Under the pieces are notes generated by a model. That model ran no database searches. It was not told where the DNA came from and worked only from the letters and a program-made list of their open reading frames with translations. Source: a virus. Taken from it: DNA of 64,000 bases. Location of the stretch: IMG/VR virus record IMGVR_UViG_3300025883_000003, positions 34,087 through 98,086 of that record. The stretch is one strand, 5' to 3'. Positions 1 to 8,977 of this stretch are shown here, one piece after another. Position numbers and translations under genes: made by a program. The stretch's first letter is position 1. The number at the start of each line of letters is the position of its first letter.

Positions 1-2
1 CG

Positions 3-593
3 GTTTGGGAAACCTTAGAGCACTATCATCAACTCAGAACGAAATACGGACGCCGGAGACCGCGTTCGATTGGGACAGAGAGGCGGAATTCAGACGCGAG
101 GCATATCGAACAGTTTCTCGCATGGTGCACGACGCAACAGCTTCCCCCGCGGCTTTTCATGGAGAAGCGATTCGAGGCGATGTACCGGGCGTCGCACAAA
201 AAAGTCGTTCCCCGAACAAGCCAGCTCGCAAGCGAACGTCTTGCCAAGTGCTGGTCACGGGTCGAGCAAGATCACTACACCGATCAGCACACCAAGCGCG
301 TCACCAAAGCGCAAGGCACAACGGTGCAGATCGATGTGCGCGCGCTCGTCGCTGATCCGATGGCGTACCAAGAGGACGTGAAGCGTCAGAACGCGGGCGC
401 ACCCGAAGGCTGCCTCGCAATGCAGCGGTACTCAGGCGGTTACCATCCGAAGAGCGAGTGGTGCAAGGCGTGCACATGCAAAGCGCGTTGCAGCGATCAG
501 CTCAAGACCGCACACGGCTTCGATGTAGTGGCGCTTCGCACAGGCCGTTACCAGCAAGTACCGAATCATATTCTTAGGGCAGCGTTTGCGTAG
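3..593 (+). CDS. Hypothetical protein, 5'-truncated by the window edge; C-terminal Cys cluster (WCKACTCKARC)
   Basis: Frame 3 is open from base 3 (VWETLEHY...) into the 159..593 ORF; stop TAG at 591-593, just before the helicase. Confidence 0.7.
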   Translation, partial: VWETLEHYHQLRTKYGRRRPRSIGTERRNSDARHIEQFLAWCTTQQLPPRLFMEKRFEAMYRASHKKVVPRTSQLASERLAKCWSRVEQDHYTDQHTKRVTKAQGTTVQIDVRALVADPMAYQEDVKRQNAGAPEGCLAMQRYSGGYHPKSEWCKACTCKARCSDQLKTAHGFDVVALRTGRYQQVPNHILRAAFA

Positions 594-602
594 GGGTGAG
601 TC

Positions 603-1967
603 ATGGGGGTGTTCTCGTTCGATGCGAGCTTTCAAAGAGCGATCCTTCGCCTTTGCATGGTGGATGACGCGTTTTGCCTACGGGCTCTTCAGTGGTTAGA
701 GCCGGCCTACTTCACGAGCCCGGCGTTCGGGTGGATCTTCAAAGAGATCGATCGGTACTGGCAAGAGTATCAAATGCGCTGCACGGAGATTCCGCTCCGC
801 CAAGCGCTGCAACAGCTTCCCGACGATAAGCGCGCGCTCTACAGCCAAGAGCTAGAGGCGATCGTCAACTTGGGGCTCGTTCCCGAAGCCCCCTACATCC
901 GCCACGAGCTTTCCGAGTATTGCAAGCGCGCGATGTTCGCCGACACGCATCAACAGGCGGCGGTGCACTTCAATCAAGGCCAGTTCGAAGAGGCGTACTC
1001 GATGACTTCGCAAGCGTCGGAGAAGATGGCGGAGATCGACTTCGGTGCCGAAGACCGGCAGTGGTTCTTTGACGAGCTGGGTGAGCGCCAAGTGGGTCGC
1101 TGGCAAAACCAAAGCGCGATGCGCCCCGAACCGTTCTTTACGGGCATCCATGATCTCGATGAGCGCACCAATGGGGGCGTGCACCGGGGCGAGCTATGGG
1201 TGGTCTTCGCGTACGCCAAGCGCTGCAAGAGCACGTGGCTCATCAATCAGGGCTACAACGCGCTGAACGTCATGGCCCGGCCGGTGCTGCACATCGTGCT
1301 CGAAGGGTCGGGCGCGCAGATCGCGGCGCGCTACGATGCGATCTTCAGCCAAGAGCTGTACACGAACGTCAAGCACGGGACGATCAACTCCACGGCCTAC
1401 AAGGCCATGCACGAGCGGTACGCGCGGCTCAAAAAGAAGCTCGTCATTCGCACCCTGAACGATTGGGATGTGAACGTGCTCCACATTCAGGCCGAAATGG
1501 CCAAGCTCAAGGCGCAGAACTTCAAGCCTGAGCTGTTGCTCGTAGACTACATGGACCTACTTCGCTCGCGCACGCGCTGCGATAGTGAGACCCAGCACCA
1601 AGTCAACGCCGCTCGTGACCTGAAGCGGCTCGTGAACCAAGAGCAAGTCGCGTGTTGGAGCGCGTGGCAGGCGCAGCGCCCGAAGCCGGGCTCCCAAGAG
1701 CGGGAGCACACGCTCACGAGTAGCAACGTCGCCGACGCCTACGCCAAGGTCCGTATCGTCGACGCTTATGGGAGTCTGAACGCTACGGACGCCGAAATGG
1801 CGGAAGGCCGGATGCGGGTCTACATGGAAGGGCATCGCGACGCGCCGATTGGCCGGCTCTACACGATTCGCAATGACCTTTCGACCATGCGGATGATCAC
1901 ATCGGTTGAAGGGCCGGGGGAATCGATATTGCCGCCCCCAGATAGCTACAAGGGGGCAACGACATGA
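603..1967 (+). CDS. dnaB: Replicative DNA helicase, DnaB/gp41-like
   Basis: GGVHRGELWVV followed by atypical Walker A (AYAKRCKST), LEGS, Walker B LLLVDYMDLL, AWQAQR motif; ATGA overlap with primase. Confidence 0.88.
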   Translation: MGVFSFDASFQRAILRLCMVDDAFCLRALQWLEPAYFTSPAFGWIFKEIDRYWQEYQMRCTEIPLRQALQQLPDDKRALYSQELEAIVNLGLVPEAPYIRHELSEYCKRAMFADTHQQAAVHFNQGQFEEAYSMTSQASEKMAEIDFGAEDRQWFFDELGERQVGRWQNQSAMRPEPFFTGIHDLDERTNGGVHRGELWVVFAYAKRCKSTWLINQGYNALNVMARPVLHIVLEGSGAQIAARYDAIFSQELYTNVKHGTINSTAYKAMHERYARLKKKLVIRTLNDWDVNVLHIQAEMAKLKAQNFKPELLLVDYMDLLRSRTRCDSETQHQVNAARDLKRLVNQEQVACWSAWQAQRPKPGSQEREHTLTSSNVADAYAKVRIVDAYGSLNATDAEMAEGRMRVYMEGHRDAPIGRLYTIRNDLSTMRMITSVEGPGESILPPPDSYKGATT

Positions 1968-2974
1968 TCAGCTTCGAGCGCGCGCTCCGGCAGTTCGATG
2001 TGGGTGGGTTCATTACCAAGGTCGGCGGGCAAAAGGAAAGCCGATCGAGCCATTCCCACGAATATCTCATGACGTGCCCGAAGTGCGCTTCCGAACGGCT
2101 CCGGTGGAACCATCAAAAAGACGCGTGGATCTGTTGGGGCTGCAACCGCCGTGGCAACACCGTGGCGCTCTTGCAGATCGTCTTCGGGCTCGATGAGCAA
2201 TCGGCGCTTCGCTACATTCTGGACGGCTACGAAGGGGGTGATGGGCAGCACACGAGCTTAGACGTGCAGAGCATTGCGCCGGCCACGCGCAAGCGCGCCA
2301 CGCTTCGCCGACTTCCAACGATCCCGTGGCCCCCCGATGTGGAACGGCTCGACTACGTGCACGCGCACGCCCAAGCGTGGATCTACTTGCACCGTCGCGG
2401 TGTGTCCCAACAGCAAGCGGCGGCGTGGCGCTTGGGCTTCTGCCGGCACGGGTGGCTTCAAGGCTATCTCTTCTTTCCGGTCTACATGGACGATGGGCTC
2501 GTGTACTGGCAAGCGCGCGCCGCGTTTGATCCACCCGGTGGTGAGCGCAAGGGGTTCAAGAAGACCATGAACCCGAAGAGCGTCGAAGGTCACGCCACTG
2601 CGGGTGACGTGTTGCTCAACTACGATCGCGCACGGACCGAACAGCACGTCGTGGTGACCGAAGGGCCGTTCGATGCGATCAAGGTCGGCACGCACGCCGT
2701 GGCGATGCTGGGCAAGGTGCCGACGCCGCACAAGGTTGCGCGACTTCTGCGCATGCGCGCGATGCGGTACACGATCTATCTCGACCGCGGGCAAGAAGAG
2801 CGACGGTACGCCGAACAGTTGGCGAGCCAACTCAGCGTGCAAGCGCCGGTCTACATTGCTGAACCCCCCGAAGGTTACGACCCTGGATCACTGACTCCCG
2901 AACAGAACGCGTGGGTGATCCAAAACGCCACACGCTACAAAGCACAGTTGAGCGAGCGTCCGCTAGCCCACTAG
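1964..2974 (+). CDS. DNA primase (Zn-finger + TOPRIM)
   Basis: CPKC...WICWGC zinc-binding domain; VVVTEGPFDAI TOPRIM motif and YLDRG; adjacent to helicase. Confidence 0.9.
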   Translation: MISFERALRQFDVGGFITKVGGQKESRSSHSHEYLMTCPKCASERLRWNHQKDAWICWGCNRRGNTVALLQIVFGLDEQSALRYILDGYEGGDGQHTSLDVQSIAPATRKRATLRRLPTIPWPPDVERLDYVHAHAQAWIYLHRRGVSQQQAAAWRLGFCRHGWLQGYLFFPVYMDDGLVYWQARAAFDPPGGERKGFKKTMNPKSVEGHATAGDVLLNYDRARTEQHVVVTEGPFDAIKVGTHAVAMLGKVPTPHKVARLLRMRAMRYTIYLDRGQEERRYAEQLASQLSVQAPVYIAEPPEGYDPGSLTPEQNAWVIQNATRYKAQLSERPLAH

Positions 2975-3163
2975 CGATTCCCACTTGACCCGGTTCCCGG
3001 TCGCCTCTTGAATCTTGCGCGCGGTTGCGACCGTGGCTTTGCGTGTTCCTTTGAAAAGGTCGTGGATGGTCTGATAGCGGAGCCCGGTATCACGCGCGAG
3101 CATCGCCCGCGCTCCGTGCCCTTGCTTGTCACACCATTTTTGGAGTTCCGTTCGTTTGCTCAT
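2963..3163 (-). CDS. Cro/CI-like XRE helix-turn-helix regulator
   Basis: 66 aa; ARAMLARDTGLRYQTIHDLFKGTRKATVATARKIQEATG is a Cro-type HTH; divergent from the 3295 gene. Confidence 0.8.
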   Translation of the reverse strand: MSKRTELQKWCDKQGHGARAMLARDTGLRYQTIHDLFKGTRKATVATARKIQEATGNRVKWESLVG

Positions 3164-3169
3164 CCCTTG

Positions 3170-3198
3170 ATTATGGGTGACGCCCGTTGGACGGTCAA
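3170..3198 (-). promoter_or_regulatory. sigma70-type promoter for the Cro-like gene (TTGACC-N17-CATAAT), probably leaderless transcript
   Basis: - strand TTGACC at 3198-3193, CATAAT at 3175-3170, ATG at 3163. Confidence 0.65.
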
Positions 3199-3204
3199 CC
3201 GTCC
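3189..3204. promoter_or_regulatory. Perfect inverted repeat GGACGGT-CA-ACCGTCC over the -35 of the Cro promoter (candidate operator)
   Basis: 7-bp arms read directly from sequence. Confidence 0.55.
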
Positions 3205-3242
3205 AGTTTTTTCAAGGGAAAAGACCCCTTTGCGATTATCCC

Positions 3243-3297
3243 TTGCATCGTATACGGTCAAGCGTCTATTATGGGTGTGAAGGGAAAAGAAACCATG
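3243..3297 (+). promoter_or_regulatory. Early-type promoter/leader cassette (TTGCAT-N18-TATTAT, TATACGGTC box, TGAAGGGA RBS)
   Basis: Matches the family at 4329, 34268, 41287, 42514, 43321, 45219, 47880. Confidence 0.6.
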
Positions 3298-4326
3298 GCC
3301 AAGCGAAACGACCACCACGCCCCCAGCACGTTCGACCCCGCGAAGTACGCTTACGAGGGCATCGTCGATCTCAAGCCCCCCATGCTTCCGCTCGAAGCCG
3401 ATGAGTGCGCGCTCGCGTACTACAACGAAGCGTTCAAGCAATGGCAGAAGGATCGCGACGCGCTTCGGGATCGCGTCAACGCGGGCGGCTTCAAAGGCAA
3501 CTTTGTTGAGAAGGCCACGTGCGATCATTGCGGTGCGTGGTTTCAGTACGGCGCGGAGTACAAGCACGACGACGGCGAGGTCATCGTGGTCGGCAATATC
3601 TGCGCAGACAACGCCTTCGGTTACGACACTCGCCGCGCTTACGACGCGGCCCGCGCTTCGAAGCTCCACAAGGGCCGCAAGGTGCGCATCGCGAAGTTCA
3701 TCGCCGCTGCGGCGTTCATCAAAGATCACAGCATCGAACACGTCTTTACGGCCGCGACCATGGAGCACGATTCCAAGGGCGGTCGCATCCTTGACGAGAT
3801 GCACGATAAGCTCATCGAGTGGGGCACGATCAGCGAAAAGCAGATCGCGTTCGCTAAGAAGCTCGCCGAAGAGATCACGAACCCCGCGCCGCTCGTGTGT
3901 GGCTTCTGCGCCGCCGCCGATCACGACCACAAGACCTGCCCCAACCGGCACCCGGTGCCCGTGACCGACGCGCGCATTGAGATCACTGGCATCGTGCGGC
4001 ACACCGAGTGGCGCGATAACCAGTACGGCGGGAGCGCTCTCAAGGCGATCGTCGAAACCGTGGACGGCTTCAAGCTCTGGACGACGCTCCCCGGCGCGAT
4101 TCAAGATGCGGTGGACGGCTATGAATACCGGGGCATCGGGGTCCGCTTCATGGCCAAGGTGGAGCGTTCGGACCGTGACGAGACCTTCGGCTTTGCCAAG
4201 CGCCCTACCAAGGCGAGCGTCGTCGACGCCAGCACCATCGTTTTCAACCCTCGTCTTCCCGAGCCGGGCGACAAGACCGATGCTGAGCTTCGGGATGCGC
4301 TCATCGCCGCACGCAAGGCCCTGTGA
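3295..4326 (+). CDS. Hypothetical phage protein with Zn-binding motifs and C-terminal OB-fold-like domain
   Basis: CDHC, CGFC..HDHKTC; IEITGIV...GFKLWTTLP...FGFAKRPTKA resembles a widespread phage domain; ATG 3295 after TGAAGGGA. Confidence 0.75.
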   Translation: MAKRNDHHAPSTFDPAKYAYEGIVDLKPPMLPLEADECALAYYNEAFKQWQKDRDALRDRVNAGGFKGNFVEKATCDHCGAWFQYGAEYKHDDGEVIVVGNICADNAFGYDTRRAYDAARASKLHKGRKVRIAKFIAAAAFIKDHSIEHVFTAATMEHDSKGGRILDEMHDKLIEWGTISEKQIAFAKKLAEEITNPAPLVCGFCAAADHDHKTCPNRHPVPVTDARIEITGIVRHTEWRDNQYGGSALKAIVETVDGFKLWTTLPGAIQDAVDGYEYRGIGVRFMAKVERSDRDETFGFAKRPTKASVVDASTIVFNPRLPEPGDKTDAELRDALIAARKAL

Positions 4327-4328
4327 AC

Positions 4329-4381
4329 TTGACGACCGTACACGATTCATCGTATAAAGAGATTGAAGGGAGATCCGAATG
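4329..4381 (+). promoter_or_regulatory. Promoter/leader cassette TTGACG-N18-TATAAA with ACCGTACACG box and TGAAGGGA RBS
   Basis: Read directly upstream of ATG 4379. Confidence 0.7.
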
Positions 4382-5323
4382 ACCCAAGGAAAAAGAAAGA
4401 AGGCTGCGCCACTGCTCGATGACGCTCCCAAGCGCACGCATAAGGACGTGACGATCGCGGGCGTGACGATGCGCGGGCTTTCGGAGCGGCACCACTTGGC
4501 GCCCAAGCCCCAGCCGTACCGCTTCCCCAAGGAAGAGGTCGCCGAAGTGGCTGCGGGGCTCACGCTGGGCACGAACGTCATGCTCACTGGCCCCACGGGC
4601 TGCGGCAAGACTTCGCTCGTCGCGAGGCTCGCTTCCGAGCTGGGTCGGCCGTTCGTGCGGTTCAACTGCGACGGTGAAACGCGGGTCTCGAATCTGCGCG
4701 GCATGATGCGCCCCACAAGTGACGACGGGGTGCTGAGCCTGAAGTTCAATCCGGGCGATTTGGCCATCGCGATGCGTGAGGGCTATTGGGTGCTCTTCGA
4801 CGAAATCGATGCGGCGCTTCCGAGTGTGCTCTTCGTGCTTCAGCCGGTGCTCGAAGAGGGCAACCGGGCGCTGCACATCCCTGAGACCGGCGAGACCGTG
4901 GTCCCACACGAAGACTTCGCGGTGTTCGCCACGGGCAACACGGTCGGCTACCGCGCCATGGCGCGAGCACGCCACGCCGGCACGCACTCGCTGAACGCGG
5001 CCTTCCTTGACCGCTTCGGGATCGTGATCGACTGCGGCTACCCGGAGCGCAAAGAAGAGATCAAGCGGATTCAGTGCCACGTGCCGAACCTGAAGATCGA
5101 CTTCATCGATTCGGCTTGCCGGGTCGCCGCTTTCTTGCGGAAGGATCAGAACTTCATTTCCGACTTCTCGACCCGCCGACTCATTCAGTGGTGCAAGGTC
5201 ATTGATCTCATGGGCGACTCGATGCGCGCCGCAGAGCTGACGGTCTTGCGCAAGCTCGAAAGCCCCACGGATGCCGAAGTTGCGCGCCAGACGATCAATC
5301 GTCAGTTTGGGTACGACAAATGA
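4379..5323 (+). CDS. MoxR/CbbQ/CobS-family AAA+ ATPase
   Basis: Walker A GPTGCGKTS, Walker B VLFDEID, ATGN, LNAAFLDRF, FSTRRL; coupled to a vWA gene. Confidence 0.9.
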   Translation: MTQGKRKKAAPLLDDAPKRTHKDVTIAGVTMRGLSERHHLAPKPQPYRFPKEEVAEVAAGLTLGTNVMLTGPTGCGKTSLVARLASELGRPFVRFNCDGETRVSNLRGMMRPTSDDGVLSLKFNPGDLAIAMREGYWVLFDEIDAALPSVLFVLQPVLEEGNRALHIPETGETVVPHEDFAVFATGNTVGYRAMARARHAGTHSLNAAFLDRFGIVIDCGYPERKEEIKRIQCHVPNLKIDFIDSACRVAAFLRKDQNFISDFSTRRLIQWCKVIDLMGDSMRAAELTVLRKLESPTDAEVARQTINRQFGYDK

Positions 5324-7350
5324 GCGACCTTCGCCACGTCATGGAGCGCGTCGGCCGTATCGTTGCGGCGGATCAACTTCTCACGGTCGACATACGCGGG
5401 GTCCAGGCGTACGCGACGCGGGGCCGTGTCGTGTTGCCGGCCATCGAAAACTACGATTGGCTGGGCGAGAACGCTTCTCGGATGCTGCACGGTATGCTCG
5501 ACCACGAGTGCGGGCACGCGAGCTTCACCAACTTCGATACCGTTGAAAGGATATGCGAGGAAGAGACGGGGGCGTTCAAGGCGCTTTGGAATGCGCTCGA
5601 AGACGCCATGATCGAACGGTTGAAGGGCGCGGAGTTCAAGGGCTGCGCGCAGAACCTTGAACAGCTTCATAACTGGTTCTGGGAGCGCGGTGGTACAGGC
5701 GATCAGCCGATTCACGGTGTGATCAGCGATCACCCTGATTTTTGGATCGCGTTCTGCCTGAGCGTGAACACGGTGGTGACGCCGTACGGTGGCCACCCGA
5801 TCGAAACTATCGAAGCCTTGCGGCCCGATGTAGGGGCGTTGCTGCGCGAAGTCGAAGACGAGCTAAAGAAGGTCGCCACTGCGGAGACCACCGAAGAGAT
5901 ATTCGAGATCACCAAGGCCATCTATGCGCACGTGGCCGATCGGGTGCCGGAAAAGCCGGAGCCTGAAGCGGGCGACGATGAGGGCGACGATGAGGGTGGC
6001 GCGTGCGACAATGCGGGCGATGGTGACGGCGCTGGTAAAGGCGGTAAAGGTCGCGCGCGAGCTAGCAAGCGTGACGGCGACGCTGACGATGATGGCGATG
6101 ACGCTGCCGTTGATCGTGACGCTGACGATTCTGCGGAAGACGACGCCGACGATAAGGGCAAGGCCGATGCGGACCCCGACGCCAAAGAAGAGGCCGATGC
6201 AGACGCGGAAGACCGCAAGCCGCCGCCAATCTCCGAGCGCGATTTGGAGCGCTGGACGAATGTCGACGGCACGCCGCTGAGCCCCGATGACGCGGTGCAA
6301 GTGCGGGTGCGCAGTGTCTTTGAGCAACCGCGACACGTGCAGCCGTACACGGTATTCAGCCACGAGTTCGATCTCGTGCGCGACTTCTCTGTGGAGACCC
6401 ACAAGACGGGCGCGAGCTACGATCGCGATATGCGCGCCGCGCGCTCCGCCAGCGAGTCGCTTTCCATTGCCTTCGAAACGGCCCTTCGAGCCAAGCGCGA
6501 TCTGCACCCGGTCGGTGGGTACGATGAAGGCATGGCCGACCCCGATCTCTTGGGCGAGTACGCGGTGGGCTCGTGCCCGGCCGATCAGCTCTTCCAACAG
6601 ATGGTCGCCGAAGATTCCGATGACGTGGCGGTGTCCATCTTGCTCGATTGCTCCGGCTCGATGGGCAACGGGCCTAGCTCGAAGGCCCACTTGGCCAAGC
6701 TCACGGCGCTCGCGCTGCACCAAGCGCTGAGCACGTGCCAGATCGAACATGAGATCACGGGCTTCACCACGTTTGAGCACCGCATGCCGCACACGTGGCT
6801 AGCCGGCGACTTCGGTGCGCTGGCGCGTGAGAACATGAAGCGGCTGGACGCGGCGCTTACCGAAGCCGAAGCGCAAGGCACGGACATATTCAAGTTCGCG
6901 CGGTGCGTGCGCGAGTGGCGCGACGAGCGGTTGCTCCAAGTACCGCTTTACGGCGTGTTCAAGAGCTTCGGCTCCACGGATGCCCGCGGGCTAGAGAACG
7001 TCGCCGGGCTGAGCCATAACCTGGACGGCGAAGCCGTGCTTTGGCAAGCGAACCGGATTGCGGAGCGCCCCGAAAAGCGTCGGGTTATGTTCGTGCTCTC
7101 CGATGGCAACCCCGAAGGGAGCGTCGATAACGCGCAAGGCGCGCGCTACCTGAAAGAAGCGGTCAAGCGGGTGCTCGCATCGGGTATCGAAATCTACGGT
7201 ATCGGGATGGACAGTTCGGCGGTGCGCTCGTTCTATCCTGAGCATTGGGTGTGCTCCGACATGCAAGACCTTGGCAGGCTTGCCATGACCGCGATGACTG
7301 AGGTATTGCTCCGGTCCCGCACGGAGCGCACATGGGTGAAGGTCGCCTGA
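5320..7350 (+). CDS. CobT-like vWA-domain protein with N-terminal HExxH motif and acidic linker
   Basis: LDHECGH; Asp/Glu-rich linker; MIDAS LLDCSGSM and VLSDGNP; IEIYGIG. Confidence 0.88.
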   Translation: MSDLRHVMERVGRIVAADQLLTVDIRGVQAYATRGRVVLPAIENYDWLGENASRMLHGMLDHECGHASFTNFDTVERICEEETGAFKALWNALEDAMIERLKGAEFKGCAQNLEQLHNWFWERGGTGDQPIHGVISDHPDFWIAFCLSVNTVVTPYGGHPIETIEALRPDVGALLREVEDELKKVATAETTEEIFEITKAIYAHVADRVPEKPEPEAGDDEGDDEGGACDNAGDGDGAGKGGKGRARASKRDGDADDDGDDAAVDRDADDSAEDDADDKGKADADPDAKEEADADAEDRKPPPISERDLERWTNVDGTPLSPDDAVQVRVRSVFEQPRHVQPYTVFSHEFDLVRDFSVETHKTGASYDRDMRAARSASESLSIAFETALRAKRDLHPVGGYDEGMADPDLLGEYAVGSCPADQLFQQMVAEDSDDVAVSILLDCSGSMGNGPSSKAHLAKLTALALHQALSTCQIEHEITGFTTFEHRMPHTWLAGDFGALARENMKRLDAALTEAEAQGTDIFKFARCVREWRDERLLQVPLYGVFKSFGSTDARGLENVAGLSHNLDGEAVLWQANRIAERPEKRRVMFVLSDGNPEGSVDNAQGARYLKEAVKRVLASGIEIYGIGMDSSAVRSFYPEHWVCSDMQDLGRLAMTAMTEVLLRSRTERTWVKVA

Positions 7351-8723
7351 CATGGGAAGAATGCTGGCCAGTGGTCGAAGCAGAAGCCCGGCGGTGGCGC
7401 CGAGCCGGCGCAGAGATCGGTCTCGACCGGGACGACTTGACCCAAGAGGCTTCGATCGCGGCGGTCCAGTGCGTGGCGCGCTGGCGGCCCGATGGGGGCG
7501 GTCGGACGACGTATGTGCGGACCGCGATCCGCAATCGTTTCGCGAACGTGCGGAAGCAAGCCCTACGTCAACGGCGCGTGCCACACGATGCCGATGGCCG
7601 GCCACGGCCGGAGTGGGTGGTCGGTTATGACGATTGTGGCTTGCAGTCTTGGGGAGCTTTCGATAAGGGTCGGATCGAGTCACGGCATGCTCTTCGTGTT
7701 CTGCACGATCGGCTCTCTAGGAATGATTGGGAATTCCTGGTTCAGACGTTGGTTCAAGGGGCACATTTGGCGCGGGGGATCGCGCCAGATCAAAAAGAGC
7801 GACTACACTCTAGGCTTCGGGAAATCCAAGGCCGCGCGCGACGCATTCTCACCGGGCTTCTTACAGATCATGAGGCAAAACCGATGAATGCAGCTTTGAT
7901 TCCCCAACCGACCCGCGAAGAGCTTCCTGAGTGTCACGCCAACGGCAGTCAACCCCAAGGCTATGACCGCGAAGACCCGGTGTGCTGGAATTGCCGGGAT
8001 AAGTTCACATGCTTGCCGAGCGCACTCGACAAAGCGTTGGTCGTCGGCGCGCTCCAAGACGATTCAGAGATTCATGCGGTGCTTTCCGAGGACATGAGCT
8101 TTCGCGCCGCCATCGAACGGATGGGGCATCGGCTGCGGGTGACCCAAGCGGGTGGTGAAGTTCCGCCGGAGCTGGACGTACGGACGCCGGTCGTAGAGAC
8201 CGGAGTGCGGTCGGTGGCGACGACCCCCGAACCGGAGCCCGAGCCTGAGCCCGAGCCAGAACCCCCTGCCCCGGAGCCTGAGCCGGAGCCTGAGCCCGTT
8301 GCCGTGGCCCCCACGCCCGTTGCTCCCCCCGCTAAGCGCAAGCCCGCTAAGCGCCCCTCACGGGCCTTGGTGAACGAGAAGGGCGAGCCCACGCTCAAGA
8401 GCGGTAAGCCCTTGCCGCCTGTGCGCCAGCTCAGCAAAAAGCAGATGAAGGCCGCGATCGGGCGGATCAAGGTCAATCAGCCGTTCCCCTTGGAGCTGGG
8501 CATGCAGTTCGTGCGCAAAACGAAGGATGGGGACAATATCATCGTGAGACTCGTGCCCACGGGCTTTGAGCTAGACGGCGTGATCTACAGCTCGCTCAGC
8601 ACGGCAGTCATGTACAGGCTCCGCAAGGTGACGAGCGGTAACGCGTATTTCAATTTGGTGACGAACCAGTGCACGGAGATATGGTCTGAAGACGGGGATG
8701 TGTTGGCCGGCTACATCGGATGA
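7332..8723 (+). CDS. sigma70-family (region 2) factor fused to a Cys-rich domain, Pro-Glu linker and DUF2924-like C-terminus
   Basis: RDDLTQEASIAAVQCVARWRP...TYVRTAIRNRF; CH..CWNC..C; (PE)n; GFELDGVIYSSLSTAV...GNAYFNL; GGAG RBS before ATG 7332. Confidence 0.7.
   Translation: MGEGRLTWEECWPVVEAEARRWRRAGAEIGLDRDDLTQEASIAAVQCVARWRPDGGGRTTYVRTAIRNRFANVRKQALRQRRVPHDADGRPRPEWVVGYDDCGLQSWGAFDKGRIESRHALRVLHDRLSRNDWEFLVQTLVQGAHLARGIAPDQKERLHSRLREIQGRARRILTGLLTDHEAKPMNAALIPQPTREELPECHANGSQPQGYDREDPVCWNCRDKFTCLPSALDKALVVGALQDDSEIHAVLSEDMSFRAAIERMGHRLRVTQAGGEVPPELDVRTPVVETGVRSVATTPEPEPEPEPEPEPPAPEPEPEPEPVAVAPTPVAPPAKRKPAKRPSRALVNEKGEPTLKSGKPLPPVRQLSKKQMKAAIGRIKVNQPFPLELGMQFVRKTKDGDNIIVRLVPTGFELDGVIYSSLSTAVMYRLRKVTSGNAYFNLVTNQCTEIWSEDGDVLAGYIG
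8225..8297 (+). repeat. (Pro-Glu)n low-complexity coding repeat
   Basis: Degenerate 6-bp units ccggag/cctgag/cccgag. Confidence 0.8.
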
Positions 8724-8977
8724 ACGGTTGGATCATCAATCTTTGGGACAGCGCTCATTGCCGCGAAGAGCTGCGGCACGGGCATACCCCCGTGTTCTAT
8801 TTCGAAGACGGCAAGCCGTGCTTTGAAGTCTGGTTTTGGCATTGCGACTTGTATCGGTGGTTCGTCATGAGCTATCAGTCAGACCCCCGATTCGAAGCAC
8901 AGGGCGTGGTCTACTTTCACCCCGATGAGACTCCCGATCATCTACGTGCGCGATTCACTGCCCTTGCCATCCATTGA
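8720..8977 (+). CDS. Hypothetical protein (aromatic-rich)
   Basis: Stop/start overlaps with both neighbours. Confidence 0.6.
   Translation: MNGWIINLWDSAHCREELRHGHTPVFYFEDGKPCFEVWFWHCDLYRWFVMSYQSDPRFEAQGVVYFHPDETPDHLRARFTALAIH

Noticed and set aside
8225-8297. PE repeat, and the PA-rich SSB tracts, as contingency/phase-variable loci
   Set aside because: Units are degenerate and multiples of 3; consistent with protein linkers, not slippage switches.
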